The notes under the pieces were generated by a model. That model was not told the DNA's origin. It saw only the letters and a program-made list of their open reading frames with translations, and made no database searches. From Hydrolagus colliei (lineage: Eukaryota), in assembly GCA_035084275.1 (NCBI GenBank), contig CM068748.1, positions 11,160,001 through 11,224,000 on the forward strand: a DNA stretch of 64,000 nucleotides, in the 5' to 3' direction. How positions within the stretch are numbered: the stretch's first letter is position 1; each line of letters starts with the position of its first letter. Made by a program: the position numbers and the translations under genes. This document shows, in pieces, positions 12,361 through 25,979 of the stretch.

Positions 12361-14234
12361 TAGCTAGCAGACACTTTCAATCCTAATTTACTTGCAGTCT
12401 GTAAGACATAAAAAAGTAGATATTTGGACAAATCTACTAAATGACAAAAGGTATAACTATACTGTGAAACTCGATTTTCTAAGTTCATTGGGTATTCACT
12501 ATGCAGACATTCTAATTTTCCCCACAGAAACAATAACACATTTACAGAACAGAAAACATGAGTTAATAATAATCCTTGAATAAGACATCTCAAAGCGCTT
12601 CATAACATTTACCATGAAATGGAATGACTATATTTGTAGGCATATTGTAGGCACAATTGCACACAGTAATGTTCCACAAACAGGCATGTAGTGAATGACC
12701 AATTATATTCGGGGATTGCTGGTCAGGACACTGGGACAATCCCTTTTCTTGTTGAATAATACATTTATGTTTAATAAGAACAATCCAAGAATACAATTTT
12801 CAAAAAGTAATCAATGTTTTACGTATAAGACTAACAGAAAAACTTTATAGAAAACAAACTAACTTGAAAACAGAAAACAGTGAAGTTACACAGGACTCAG
12901 TTCTTGGCTGTATCAAAACATTTATAACTACGGTAGTTAAATATCCAGCCAGAAATGACATTTAGGTTTAGATGCACAAGAAGGAATGGAGGTAATCAAC
13001 TTGTAGCAATACAATTCTGGTACTGCTCTAGAAAATAATAATAGCATTTGATAAAGTGTATCGTTACAAATGTATAAAATCTCTCTTTAGCATTCTTTAA
13101 ATTTGTTTCAATATAATTGGAACACAGAATAGAAGACATTACTTTAATTGTTTGAAAATCTTTTAATAAAATATTGTAAAGCAATAATCAAGTGTTTTGG
13201 TCCTACAGTTTTACATCTGTTTTGAAACACATCTGTTTACATCAAATTTTAAACAGATTTAGAAAAACGTACTGCAAAGAAAATGAGAAAAGCAGATGCT
13301 ACAAAGATGCATAACTGAAATAAAATTTGAAAATCATCCGAATTACAAAGATTTTGTATTCACTAACCATATTTATGTTTTCGCACTCCTAAATTAATGT
13401 AAATAAATTGCTCACATTAATTATCTCTCTACCAGGATCCTGTGGATGGCTGTCTGCTGAAGCCGGGCAGTTTCAAATTGTATTTGGTTTGAAACTGTTA
13501 TTTATATAATAATGAACAGAATAATAATCCTTACGTTTGATTTAGTGCCTTATCACGTCATGGAGACATCGCAAAGTGCTTCGCAGGATATACTTTAAAG
13601 TGGACTGTGATATACTATACACTGTGTATTTTGTGGGCAAAATACTGATGGCATCTAGTGAAAAGCTGATCACTAGTGTGGGGTCTCAATTTCCCCTGAC
13701 ACCATTCTATTACAACGGACTTTTTGAAAAATAACACTACCTAACCTGGTGCTTCTGCAAAATTTAGAAGATGATGAGTCATGAGTGTTTGTTACATCAC
13801 GAGCAACTTCAAATTTGGGGTAATCCTGAAATGCAGAATAGCAAAAAGCTAAACTGAGCTACTGTAGACAGGAATGATCTGTTTGCTGTGATCTCATCAA
13901 ACTAAAAATTAATCTAAGATTCCTAATAAAGAGATTTTAATATATCAGTAATAAAAACATTCAATTTACAATCTTCTAGGCGGCAACCCTTCCAATCTCC
14001 AAGGGCATTTGACACAAGAATCAATCTACCGATAATTTAGCTAAATCTCAAATTATATAGTGTTATTTCAAATGCAAGAATTATTATTATTATAATAATA
14101 ATACCCAAAGCATGGTTAAATGAGAGCAAGTTTTAAATGGAAACATCTATAATGCCAGATACCCACTTATCTATCTTTGAAAATAAATCAATTACAGGTG
14201 GGTTTTACTGTTAAAGAGAAAAATAAAAATATTC

Positions 14235-14595
14235 CTTACATTTTGTATGGTGTCATTCACATCACGAGGAAGTACTCAAGTGCTTCACAATGTGAAGTTC
14301 TGTTAACAGTTTTGTGGGTCTACCCAGCAGAAAATTTGCACATCGCAATGTTCCACAAAAAGCCATGAAGTGAAGGAGAAAAGTTTTTCTCTTTTCAGGT
14401 AGTGCTTGGGATCATTAATGTCATGTGAACAGATAGGCAGGATCTCCTTATAATGTCTCTTTCAAATGAGAGAATCTCCAAAAACATTAAATAGCCGTAC
14501 ACTAACTAGACGATGTGAGTTCGAAGTCCTGATATTGGGCTTGAACACACAATCTTCTGACTCAGAGGAAGGCTACCAACCGAGCCAGGTTGACC
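14235..14595 (-). mobile_element. Old Deu-domain SINE (SacSINE1-like)
   Basis: Minus CTGGCTCGGTTGGTAGC..CTCTGAGTCAGAAGATTGTGTGTTCAAGCCC head and degenerate Deu body. Confidence 0.6.
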
Positions 14596-14709
14596 TTGAT
14601 TCTCCCTATTGTTCTACTAAACTGAAAATAATTAAAAATTCATTGTTTTTTTAAAAAGTTACTGTCGAAGAGGTATTTTTCCATAGTGTTTTAGCTGACA
14701 CAGTACAAT

Positions 14710-14970
14710 GTACAGGGCGGGTGTTTTATTATTCGATGAGACATTAATCCTAGGTCCCATCTGCCTGTTCAGTGAACGTTAAAGATTCCATAGTACAATT
14801 TGAAAAGAGAAAGGATTTTCTCCTGGTGTCATGGCCAACAATCCTCCAAATAAAATTGGTCGCTCCTCCATGGCTCTTTATGGGACAGCGCCTACAAATA
14901 CACTACAAATAGTCACACTATTTTCACAGTAATTCCTTCCAATGTGATAATGCTTTTTCAAATGCAAGCA
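14710..14970 (+). mobile_element. Old Deu-domain SINE fragment
   Basis: GATGAGACATTAA..GGTCCCATCTGCCTGTTCAG..GAACGTTAAAGATTCCAT..TCTCCTGGTGTCATGGCCAACA Deu-domain signature. Confidence 0.6.
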
Positions 14971-16126
14971 TTAATATTTTTTGCCCAAAATATTGAAATA
15001 ATGGAAAAATCTATAATAATGTAATCTAGTATAAATACAGAAGTTGCCTAATTCAAAATTTAGCCTTATGGAGAATCACAGGCATGCTGCTGGAGATTAA
15101 TATTTTACACTGAAGTAAAACACCTCCCATTGGGAGGAAGTATCATCAGTTTGTTCCTGGTTCCATTAGAAGTTGCCAGAGACAGTTGCACTGGCATAGA
15201 TTGTGTGTGGCTTAGTGAGCCAAAAAGGGAATCACGGATTTTACACAAAAAAGCTAACCATTCATCTGATCCAGAGAAGCTCCTCCACTGAAGCTACCTA
15301 ATGTCAATATGATATCCTTTTACAATTTTGCCCTTCAAATGCTAATGTAATTCCTTTTAAATTGATTTGTAACAATCACAGGAACAAATTGAAGGTCATA
15401 TTGTTTTTGTATGCATCATGAAATTAGAACTACTGTATTATCATTTGAGTGTTTGCAACTGACAACTAAACCCTCTAAACCAGACTAATCGGTAACAGGG
15501 TGGGGGGTGCGGGGAGGAGATCTGGTCCAGTGTAAATGAAGGCTAGACAGATGCTGTTCGGAAGATGAGAGTTGTGTGGCATGGCAAACACTGGGAGTTA
15601 GGTTGGCAGGAGTTTGGAATTGTCTCCAGAAGGAGTGGATGTTTGGCTTGCAGATTTATTTTGTTTTCATTTTCCAATTCCGGTCCACCAAAGCCTGAAT
15701 TACATGCACTTGAAGTCTAATTAGCCGTGAGTTGAGTGCACAGCATTAAAAAATATTTTAAAACAAGCAATCCAACACCAAAACAAGCAAGCTAGTTAAC
15801 TGACCAAATTGGAGTTCCTCACAATTATATGCACACCAATTTGTTTGGGAGCAGCCAGGTGCTGACCCATGGAAACCCATTGTTGCATATCTGCATAACA
15901 ATCAAAATAAATACCAAGTGCTGGATATATGAGGGCTTAGGATGACAGCTGCTGTAAGACATTAGCTTGAGTCCAGGTTTGTGTACATGCTCATAAGTAT
16001 ACAAAAGTAAAATTGATCTTCGTATTTGTTACAGGGAAATTAAGATACATCTCTATCAAGAATCGTCATCTAAATTCTATACTGTAGGATAAAACATTTT
16101 AATACACAACTAAACAGAATACAATA

Positions 16127-16839
16127 CAGTAGAAGCCCGTTTATCCGGCACCTGCGGGACCTGGCCAATGCCAGTTAAAGCGCCTGCCGGATATTCGGGC
16201 GGCCCGCGGCCAAAAACCCACTACAAAAAAATTAAAAGTTCTTTTAACACACACCATACACACCAGACTAAGTAATAACAGATAACAGAATATTATATTG
16301 GTACTTATTGTTAAAACTACTCTCTTGCGCTTCTCACCTTTACTGATTGAGGTTTACAGTCCAGCGATTCTTTTTTAAGCCGGAGCCAAGCGGGTGAAAA
16401 AAACGGTAGTGCAATTTTAAAGTCGCGCGACTTTACTAGCTGCAAGCCGAAGCCCTAGACTCGCCTAGCGGCAAACCAAAATACCGCACCTGCGCGACAA
16501 TATGGGTTATCGGCTAGCGTTATCGGTTTGTCGCTAGTATGACTTTAAAGTCATACGCCCTCCATTTTTTTCACCCGCTCCATTTTAAAAAGAATTGCTG
16601 GACTATAAACCTCAACCACAGGATCATGGCTTCAAGCATAGAATCTATCAGCAAAGGTAAAAAGCGCAAGAGAGTAGTTTTAACAATAAGTACCAATACA
16701 ATATTCTGTTATTATGTTATTATTTAAGATAATATTGTTTCAGATAAGTTCCGGTTTATCGAATGGGGACTTTTTTGGGGGCGTGCCGGTTATACGGAAG
16801 TGCTGGTACATCGAGTCACGGATAAACGGGCTTCAACTG
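16127..16839. mobile_element. pogo/Tigger-like non-autonomous DNA transposon with internal foldback
   Basis: TA TSD; TIRs CAGTAGAAGCCCGTTTATCCG / CGGATAAACGGGCTTCAACTG. Contains transposase N-terminal remnant MASSIESISKGKKRKRVVLTI (TIGD2/JRKL-like). Confidence 0.85.
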
Positions 16840-18743
16840 TACCTAGCTTGTGGTAGTTTTTAAGAGGCTCTTATATAAAAAAAAGTTGCCAGTTGAACCA
16901 GTAAGAAGTACTGTACCTGATGTAATAACAACTTGAACAAAATTTTCTTCAAAAATATATTTTTTAAGATAAATATCGATACAAGTTCCCTTTAATTACT
17001 TGCTTCGCAAATCATTGTTTTCCCACACTGCAAGTTCACTTTGCTCCTGTGCAAGTATAACATCTTGTCTTTGAGCACTACTGTATTTGATTAAGATGTA
17101 ACAAGTAACTATGTAATTAAATAGATTTGTCTGCTACAAACAAGCTGGAATTAAAACAGTATTTGGGAGTTTTGATTATGCTCAGCCTAAATGATGAACA
17201 ACAAGAAAATTACACTTGTATAGCGCCTTTCACGTCAGGAGGACGTCACAAGGCGCTGGACTAATCCCAGAGCTCATATCGAAATGGATGTTGTTGTTGG
17301 ATGTTTGTAACCTGTTTGATCTTTACAGAAGATACTCTCTTGCAGGTTACCTAAACAATTACCCTAAGTGTTCTAAATATGAGACTTTGATTCAAAGGGG
17401 CATTATTCAGTTAGTCATGTTCATCACAAAGTAAATGGACAACATTGGATCACATTTGGTTTAAAGTCGATGCCTAAACTGATCCTGTACTTCTTGGAAT
17501 GACGGATGCTCATAAGCAGAATTATTGTTTTACATAATTGCCTGGCGTCCCTGCGATTTGAATCCAAACTTCCTTAAATCAGCCTTTTGGAATGCACCCA
17601 AAGTCCACCTCCCTCTCCCATCAATGGGTGTTCAATCCAGGCCCTGTAAAGTGTCCGAGACTGTACCCTACATTGTTGTAAACATTAAACTAGCAGTATT
17701 CGTCATTAGAATTTCATCACATAATAGATCATTTTGTTCAAGACAGAATAAAGCAGTAATTAAATTGCTATATTTTTACATGAAGTGCTGAATCTTATTG
17801 TGTTTCTTGTAATTAATAAACAAGGTGAAAAATGCTCCTCACAAACTGACTGGAGTAGTCTTAAAAGTTTCTGTTGTTTCTAAAATTATAATATGGGAGG
17901 AACCTTGGAATTTGAAGCTGACCCCACCCTCTAACTAGTATGAAATCACAGAGCTGCCAAGCCCTCTGATTTACAACTCACAAAATGTTGTCTTCTCAGC
18001 TTAATCTCTAGGTGGAGCACTGACAGCATGATTGCCTCATCTTGACTGCAAACCACTAATTACAATCCTTCCAGTTAGTTTGATTATGCTAATTTTAAAA
18101 AGTAACATCAGGTTATGTATTCCATACCATACATGTGCACTTATCTATAATGTTTTAAAGCACAATCAACTTCAAACCACCCCTAAACTAAATGATAGGT
18201 TGAGACGCTTGTGTTTCAAGATTATAAGAGGGCAAAGTCTGTAACCTTCCAAATATCAATGTTCAATATCTATTTAAATTGGTGTTTAATACTGTTTGGC
18301 AATTAAGGAGCATTGCTGATATACATGTGTATATGTCACAAGCTCTGGTATCAACACAAAAAAAGCAATGGCACAAGGGGCATGGAATTGTGGCTATAAT
18401 GGAAGCATTGAAGCTAATGCTTGTATCTTTTAGATCAAGTGAAGCAAACAACATTTCAAGGCATGATGTTGTTATGCATTTTCTGAATCAAGATAAAAGC
18501 AGTAAATTTTTAACATTTCATAGCTAAAGGAAAGTTAATAGCTAACCGCAGATGTCCAAAAGATGAAGGGGAAAACCATAGATAATAAGAAAAACAGAAG
18601 GATTATAATGCCTTCATTTGATGTAGCGCCTTTTAACTTCATTGAACATTTCAGAGATTCATAAGGATTGACTGTAAAGGATTTGACCTGCAGTCAAACA
18701 GAATAATAATTACAATAAATACAAAGACATATACTGTATTGTA

Positions 18744-19587
18744 CAGGTAGACCCCGTTTACCGAACGCCCGGTTAACGAAACTTCACTATAACGAGGGTT
18801 TCTATTTGTACCACTTCTCCACTTAACAAAGGTTGCTTTCACTATAACGAATGTTTACACACACTTTAAATCTCGCGGGCTTCTCGTGCGTAGCTTCTCA
18901 TGCGCAGCTTCTCTCTGGTTGCCCCAGCAACGCACACTCAGTCTTTAGCGTGCCTCAGTTAAGCAGTGCAGCCCATCCCATATGGGAGGATCTTAAGCAG
19001 CAGGATGCTTCGCGGCTTCAATAATAGTAAGTCAAGATATGGGGGGGGGGGGGAAGGATAGAGAGATAGAGAGAAGGGGGGGATAGAGAGGAGGGGGGGA
19101 TAAAGAGGGAGGGGAGGGGGGCATAGAGATGGAGGGGGAGATAAGAGAGGGGTAGAGAGAAAGAGAGGAGGGGGGAGGAGTAGAGAAAAAGAGAGGAGGG
19201 GACGGGTGTAGAGAGAAAGAGGGGAGGGGGAGGAAGAAAGAAGCGCGTCACGAGTCCTGAAATGCCTGTGCCCAGGTTGCAATATTTCAATGCGGTGACA
19301 GTGAAGACCTAGCCTGGAGCAGGTAGGATTAGCGTTTTTATTCCTGCCATTTTTGTCACATTCCAGATTCCGAAACTCTGGACTTTTGGCTGCTCAACCT
19401 GTACACCGAAAATGTTAGCGCTAGGAACTGCTAGAAACTAAACTGATTTTAGCGGGGAGGCTCGGGTCGGGGCGGCGTTTTGGCTGCCGCCAAATACAGT
19501 AATACAGTTAAACTCTCACTTAACAAAATTTTCACTTAACAAAGGGTTTTAAAGTCCCTAAATCCTTCGTTAAGTGGGGTCTACCTG
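18744..19587. mobile_element. Tc1/mariner (Tigger-like) non-autonomous element with GA-rich interior
   Basis: TA|CAGGTAGACCCC ... GGGGTCTACCTG|TA; subterminal TAACGA/TTAACAA repeats; CpG-rich; GA tract at 19040-19240. Confidence 0.8.
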
Positions 19588-19867
19588 TATAACAACAACA
19601 CCTTGCATTTATATAGCGCCCTCCACACCGGCCAGCATCACAGAGCGATGTGCAACCATTACAGACTTGGCAAAGTCAAAATAGTATATACAAACTTTAA
19701 TGTTATCTATCCTTCAAATCTGACAGTTTAGGCGGTCATTAGATCTGCTTGATTCTCCGACAACCTTCTATTATCCTGTGTAAAATTATGTCAGTAGATT
19801 ACAAAGTACTATTATTTCATGTAACTACAGAGCACCAATGAAACAGATTGTAATATTTTTCTCTTGC

Positions 19868-20153
19868 AGTTTGCACTCACCTTTCAAGCTAGAGACCTGG
19901 GTTCAATTCCAGGCAGAGCAAGTTTCCTTACTCCACACTCCTGATAATAATCCCTCAAAAAAATAAATTGGTTATTTCAATCCACGACTGTTTGTGGGAC
20001 ACAGCTGTGTGAATTGGCAGCCACCTTATGCAGCCAAATATACAATATACACAAATATACAGTCAATTCACCCTACAGTATAATCTGTGAAGCTCCTTGA
20101 AATGTCTAGATGACATGAAAAGCGCTCTATCAAATACAAGGCTTATTATTATT
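19868..20153 (+). mobile_element. tRNA-derived SINE (family A)
   Basis: GGTTCAATTCCAGGC B box, AAGTTTCCTTACTCCACAC, Deu-like segment, (TTA)n tail. Confidence 0.8.
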
Positions 20154-20690
20154 CAATGACTTCAGACAGGTTTGAACAGCCATGATTCATAGGGATTTGA
20201 CATTTAAATTTACCTTCTTTCCAATGGTTCTATCCGACAATCATGCCAAGACAGGGAATTTGCTTTGTGAGGAATCCATAGGAATGAATCATATCTTGTC
20301 TCATCAAGTTGTAGTGAGTTAGCCTGTCACCCAGAAAATTCTGAACTGAAAATTGAAACATAGACAATTTAGCGGTTTGAAACTATTTCACTAACGGTAT
20401 TATAGTTTTCAATAACAACCACAACATTACATTTGTATAGCACCTTTCACGATGGGAGGATGTATCAAGGTGCTGAACAATCAGTTTTGCACCGAGTTAG
20501 GGGTCGGGACCGGGGAGCATGGAGCAGGGGAAAATACCATGAAAAAACACCAGGTTGGTATCAGCCTGGCTCAGCTGGTAGTACTCTCGCCTCTGAGTCA
20601 GAAGGTTCCGGGTTCAAGTCCGAACATGCATTGCACAGTTCTGGATAGCCTGCACCTTGTGTAGGGAAGAGGTAGAGTCTGGGAATAACA

Positions 20691-20990
20691 TAATAATAAT
20701 AATAATAATCTTTGCATTTTGATATAGTGCTTTTCACATCTTCTAGACATCTCAAAGTGCTTCACAGAATATACTATAAAGTGAAATGACTGTGTATATG
20801 TGGGTGAAATGCAGCAGCCAATTGCGTACAGCAGTGTCCCACAAACAGTCGTGGATTGAAATGACCAATTTTTATTATAGGTTATTTTTGGACTGATTAT
20901 TATTAGACAAGTGGAACAAAGAAACTTGCCCAAGGTTTCACCCTGAACTGCCTGGATTCGAAACACAGGTCGCACGTTTGTAGTAGTCCC
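20691..20990 (-). mobile_element. tRNA-derived SINE (family A)
   Basis: (TAA)n tail, body and GGATTCGAA B box colinear with the 33973 copy. Confidence 0.8.
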
Positions 20991-23900
20991 AGCTAAAGAC
21001 CTTTCTCTTCGACCGCGCCTTTGGTCACCTTTCTACCTCTGCCCCTGGCTCAGTCCCGGGATCCGTTGTTGTGAAGCACTCTGAGACGCTGTCCGACATG
21101 GAGGGCGCTATATAAATTGAAGTTGTTCTTTTTGTAGTGCTTTGGCATAAGTCAACCAGTCTCGAAAGCCCCAAAAGAAAATGGACAAGATGGTCCTTAA
21201 AGATAATAGTTGAAAAACAGTGGGTTCTCCCAGTGTGCTCTCCAATATTCATCTCAGCAACATTTTTAAGATTTTCAATATGGCTTGTGGGATATCGTTG
21301 GTATATTCTGCATTCATAAACAGTTCTCTAAATTTCATTTTTTTTTAAACGTATTGTGTCAAGTGTTTTGAGATGCTTTGACATAAGACACCAGATCAAA
21401 TTAAAGTTCATGTATTATTTAAATGTCAGCAGGCAAAGTTAATTTTCATGCCCTTTAGATCTAAAACCTTGCCCTTTCAACGAGGACAGCAGCAGTAACC
21501 TGGTACAGAAACATCTCTGTGGTTCCAGCACACAGTTACATTGCAGTACACCATGAAATTCTACAAATGGACATTCCTACTCCGACCCATAATCTCTGAT
21601 CAGCTTCCCAATATCAAGATGAACCACATCTGAACAAGAATTTTTAATTAGATCATTCTAGTCTCTGGTAGAACAGAACAATGAAGCCTTTTCTACTGGG
21701 ATACAAAAGTTCAACAAGACTTTGGAAGAAAAAGAACTAACAGTACTCCAAAATGAGATAACATTGGAGTATCTGTAACCTCTCAACACAACAAAAAGCA
21801 CAGTGCTCAGTAAACTCTTAGCTCTTCATCTACCCCTCCCCATTAAATCCCTCACTGTCCAGCACCTTGGGACATCCCGACATGAAAGGCACCCTACAAA
21901 TGCAATTCTGTACATTTGTATTGTAGTAAAGGAAGTGTTCACAATAAGTTCAAAAACCCAACTCTTCATTTCACATGCTGGGTGGAATTCAAGTTGTATC
22001 AACACGTGAAAAATTGCATGTGGAAAATTAAGCACTGAAAATACACTAAATTTAGTTATAATTAATACAAATTTACAGGAAACCACAAATGCCAATTGTT
22101 TACAACTAACTATTCACCCTTAAAAGTGTCACTAGGTCATAGAAACGTACTCAAAACATCTTGCTGTATTTACAAGCCAAACACCTAATGATCTAGTTTG
22201 TATAAAATATTACTACTTCACATTGTATTGTATATTAAAAGGAAATTAGTTAATATTGTCAGTTATGCTTTAAATGTGACAATGCTTCAACTTTGCAGCC
22301 TAATTCTGCTCAGGCACCAGGCTTTGAGACACCATTGAACCCAGAATCACTCAGCTCTACTAGTTCCCTTTCCTCCAATAGATCAAACTCAAAACTCTCA
22401 TCCTTGCCTTCAAATGTCTTCATGGCCTTGCACTGTCCTACCACTACAACATGACTGGCTCAGCCATATTCTTCATTCCATTTCCAAATAGCGTCATGGC
22501 TTCTGAAATATACACCTGAACAGGTCAGAAAGATCAAACAACTCATCTGAAGCACAACACTTCCAACAGAGCAGCACTCCCCCTAAGACTGCACCAGAAA
22601 TGTTAAGACTCTACAGACCAGGAGACTCCAACCAGTTGATCGCTGCTAGGTGGTGTCTCGCCCACATGCTCAACAAATACAGAAGGAGCATTAAAGTTTA
22701 TATCTTTAAATGCATGAAATACTTCATTTTCCAATTGGACTTCACTTTTCACTCCTCCCTCTTATCTTTTTCATAATGCATGAGAGTGCCGCCTAGTTGT
22801 GATCGATTGGTTGATCCCTGGGCGAGACCATGAGCTCAAAGTACCCAAAGTGGGTCTTCAACTCACAATATTCTGGCTCAAAGATGAGTGTGCTCCCAAC
22901 TGAACCAAGCTGACAACCGTCTGCTTTCTTTATTTTAGACAGTTCCACAAGTTTGTTTGCCTCAAAATCCACTGAATTTCTTTGCAAAGAGGTAATTTGT
23001 GTGGTGTTTTATCAAATAACTTTTGACAGCCTTTTTATGCATCTTCATACAACTCCTAGCATCAGTTTGGATGTCACCTCCTCGGTCTTACTCCTCTTTC
23101 TACCACCTCTGGCCTCAAATTTTGATTTAAAATAATTCCTTATAAAGATATGGTAGAAATGTCAGGTAAGAACAGTACCAAATTGTCATAATTTGCACAA
23201 GAAAATAGTCTTGGATTGTGCTTTCCTGAAAACTACTTTAATGCAAAGATAGTCTTTCTGTGAAAGGATACTACTTATAATAATAATCCTTGCATTTGAG
23301 ATAGCCCTTTTAACATCTTATCGACGTCTCAAATAATCAAAACATTCCATTCACATAATCCAAATCGACCACAATCTGAGATTCCCCATAGCAATCCCAT
23401 TTATTTAGTGGATTCCTAACTGCAGCTCTGAAATGGAGTGAGTGCAAATAGATCCCTCCAACCAGGACCAAAAAAAAGCCTTTTCTGGGACTTAACAAAG
23501 AAAATTACTTTCCAGGTCGGATCCCGATTCACAAACTATTTCTGGCAACTTGGTAGAATTTCAACATCTCAAACAATGCACAAAAGCATCATACATTACT
23601 ATAGTTTATAAATGGACTTCAGACCTACTAGCCATAACCCACCAGAGGCCTAAAAATCCATAATGTTTGGCAAAGAATTATGTAAAACCTAATTCAGTCC
23701 TAATTTCATCTTTCTGCAATTTTTAAAAAGAAACACTTTCAAATTAAGCGGATTTTAATTTTTGTGCGGATTTTTGGTGACCATCAATTTTCTTAGACAA
23801 AATGCTAAAATAATGTTATTGTAAAAAACTAAATACCTTTATTATACAATACAAAATTGCATTTACGTAGCACTTTTCACATCGAGACGAAGTACCTAGG

Positions 23901-24527
23901 CACTGAAAGTAAGCAATTATGAAGTAAGCTTCCTGAATTCAAAACATTTTTGAATTGATCAACAAATTTGCTAATTTAATCTAAGTTATAAATTCAAAGT
24001 GCAACAAGTCATGTGTGAGTTGCCATAGAGAAATCAGATCAGTGTATATTTTAGTACTTAGAATCATATTCTCTAAGTGGCCCCAATTCATTAACATCCA
24101 CACATTAACATCCATTCTTATTTATTAAGAATTCTACTACATTTCTAACAGTGACTGTGCATGCTATTGCAGCAACATGCATCTAATTCACTAAATGCCA
24201 ACCTCCTCACATGACTGCTAACTAATCCTTCTGTTTGTAAACATTTACTCTAGGGATACTTTCAGGGAGCCCTCGATAAGGAAAATAATTAAAACTGAAG
24301 ATCATTCAGAAATATCCCCCAAATGATCCCAAAATGCTTTCTTTATTCATTATTTATTCCCTAATAGTCATTGTGACCTGATCCCATTCGCTGTGGGCTC
24401 TCACCTCCCATCTTTCCTTACCCTTTCTCTTATCTGCACTAACCTGTGCCCATCTCTTACCTGCTCGGCCTTGCCCCTCAGCTAGCTAGTCCCCTCCTTC
24501 CACCCTGTTGCCCAATCCTCCTCTCAT

Positions 24528-25175
24528 CCCCCCTGCCAGGCCACCCTCTCCCCTGCCAGGCCACTCTCTCCTCTGCCAGGCCCTCCCCTTGCCAGGCCCT
24601 CCCCTGCCACCCCATCTCTGCCAGGCCCTCCCCTTGCCAGGCCCTCCTCTGCCACCCTCTCCCCTGCCAGGCCCCCCTCTCCCTTGCCAGGCCCTCCCCT
24701 GCCAAGCCACCCTCTCCCCTGCCAGACCACCCTCTCCCTGCCAGTTTACCCTCTACCCTGCCAGGCCACCCTCTCCCCTGCCAGGCCTTCCCCTGCCAGA
24801 CCACCCTCTCCCTGCCAGTTTACCCTCTACCCTGCCAGGCCACCCTCTCCCCTGCCAGGCCTTCCCCTGCCAGACCACCCTCTCCCTGCCAGTTTACCCT
24901 CTCCCCTGCCAGGCCTTCCCCTGCCAAGCCACCCTCTCTCCTGCCAGGCCACCCTCTCCCTGCCAGGCCTTCCCCTGCCAGACCACCCTCTCCCTGCCAG
25001 TTTACCCTCTCCCCTGCCAAGCCACCCTCTCCCCTGCCAGGCAACCCCCTCCCCTGCCAGGCCTTCCCCTCACCTGCCAAGCCCTCCCCATACCTACCAG
25101 GCCACCCCTTCCCCTGCCATTCTACCCTCTCTCCTGCCATTCTACCCTTCCGCTGCCAGGCCTCCCCTCACCTGC
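24528..25175 (+). repeat. Minisatellite built on CCCTGCCAG (15-20 bp units, 74-bp higher-order repeat)
   Basis: About 30 CCCTGCCA cores; identical 74-bp blocks start at 24726 and 24800, and a variant starts at 24874. Confidence 0.92.
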
Positions 25176-25304
25176 CCTATCTCTCCTATTACCACCCCAA
25201 CCTCTGTCCTCACCCCCACCTGCCCTGAATTTCTTCTCACCCATTCATTCCCCACCTTGATCAACCTTCCACCCCATCATAACCCCACCCCATTGTAACC
25301 CTCT

Positions 25305-25745
25305 CACCTCACCCCCCCCCCACCCCACCACCCAGCCTCTCCCACCCCACCCCCTAGCCTCTCCCCCCCCACCCCACCCCCCAGCCTCTCCCCCCCCACC
25401 CCACCCCCCAGCCTCTCCCCCCCCCACCCCACCCCCCAGCCTCTCCCCCCCCCCACCCCACCCCCCAGCCTCTCCCCCCCCCCACCCCACCCCCCAGCCT
25501 CTCCCCACCCACCCCACCCCCCAGCCTCTCCCCACCCACCCCACCCCCCAGCCTCTCCCCACCCACCCCACCCCCCAGCCTCTCCCCACCCACCCCACCC
25601 CCCAGCCTCCCCCCACCCCACCCCCCAGCCTCTCCCCCCACCACCCCCCAGCCTCTCCCCCCCCACCCCCTCCCCCCCCCCACCCCCTCCCCCCCCCCAC
25701 CCCACCCCCCCAGCCTCCCCCCACCCCACTCCTCCAGCCTTCTCC
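25305..25745 (+). repeat. C-rich minisatellite CCCCACCCCACCCCCCAGCCTCTC (~27 bp)
   Basis: About 14 tandem imperfect copies; G-runs on the minus strand. Confidence 0.9.
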
Positions 25746-25979
25746 ACCAGCCCGCTCTCTCCACACACACACCCCCCGCCCCCTCATTCATCCACCTCTC
25801 CCTCCGCCACCTCAGCCCTCACCCCCTCCTCGGCCCTCACCCCCTTCCCCCTCAGCCCTCTCCCCCCCACCCCCCCACACTCAGTACTCTCCGCCCCCTT
25901 CCCCCCCATCACTGTTCTTCTTCCCCCCCGCCCCCCGCCCTTCTCACCCCACTTTCCACCTCACTCCCTGCCCTGATCT

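Noticed and set aside
24528-25745. Regularly spaced repeats superficially like a CRISPR array
   Set aside because: No unique spacers, no cas genes and a vertebrate context; these are ordinary minisatellites.
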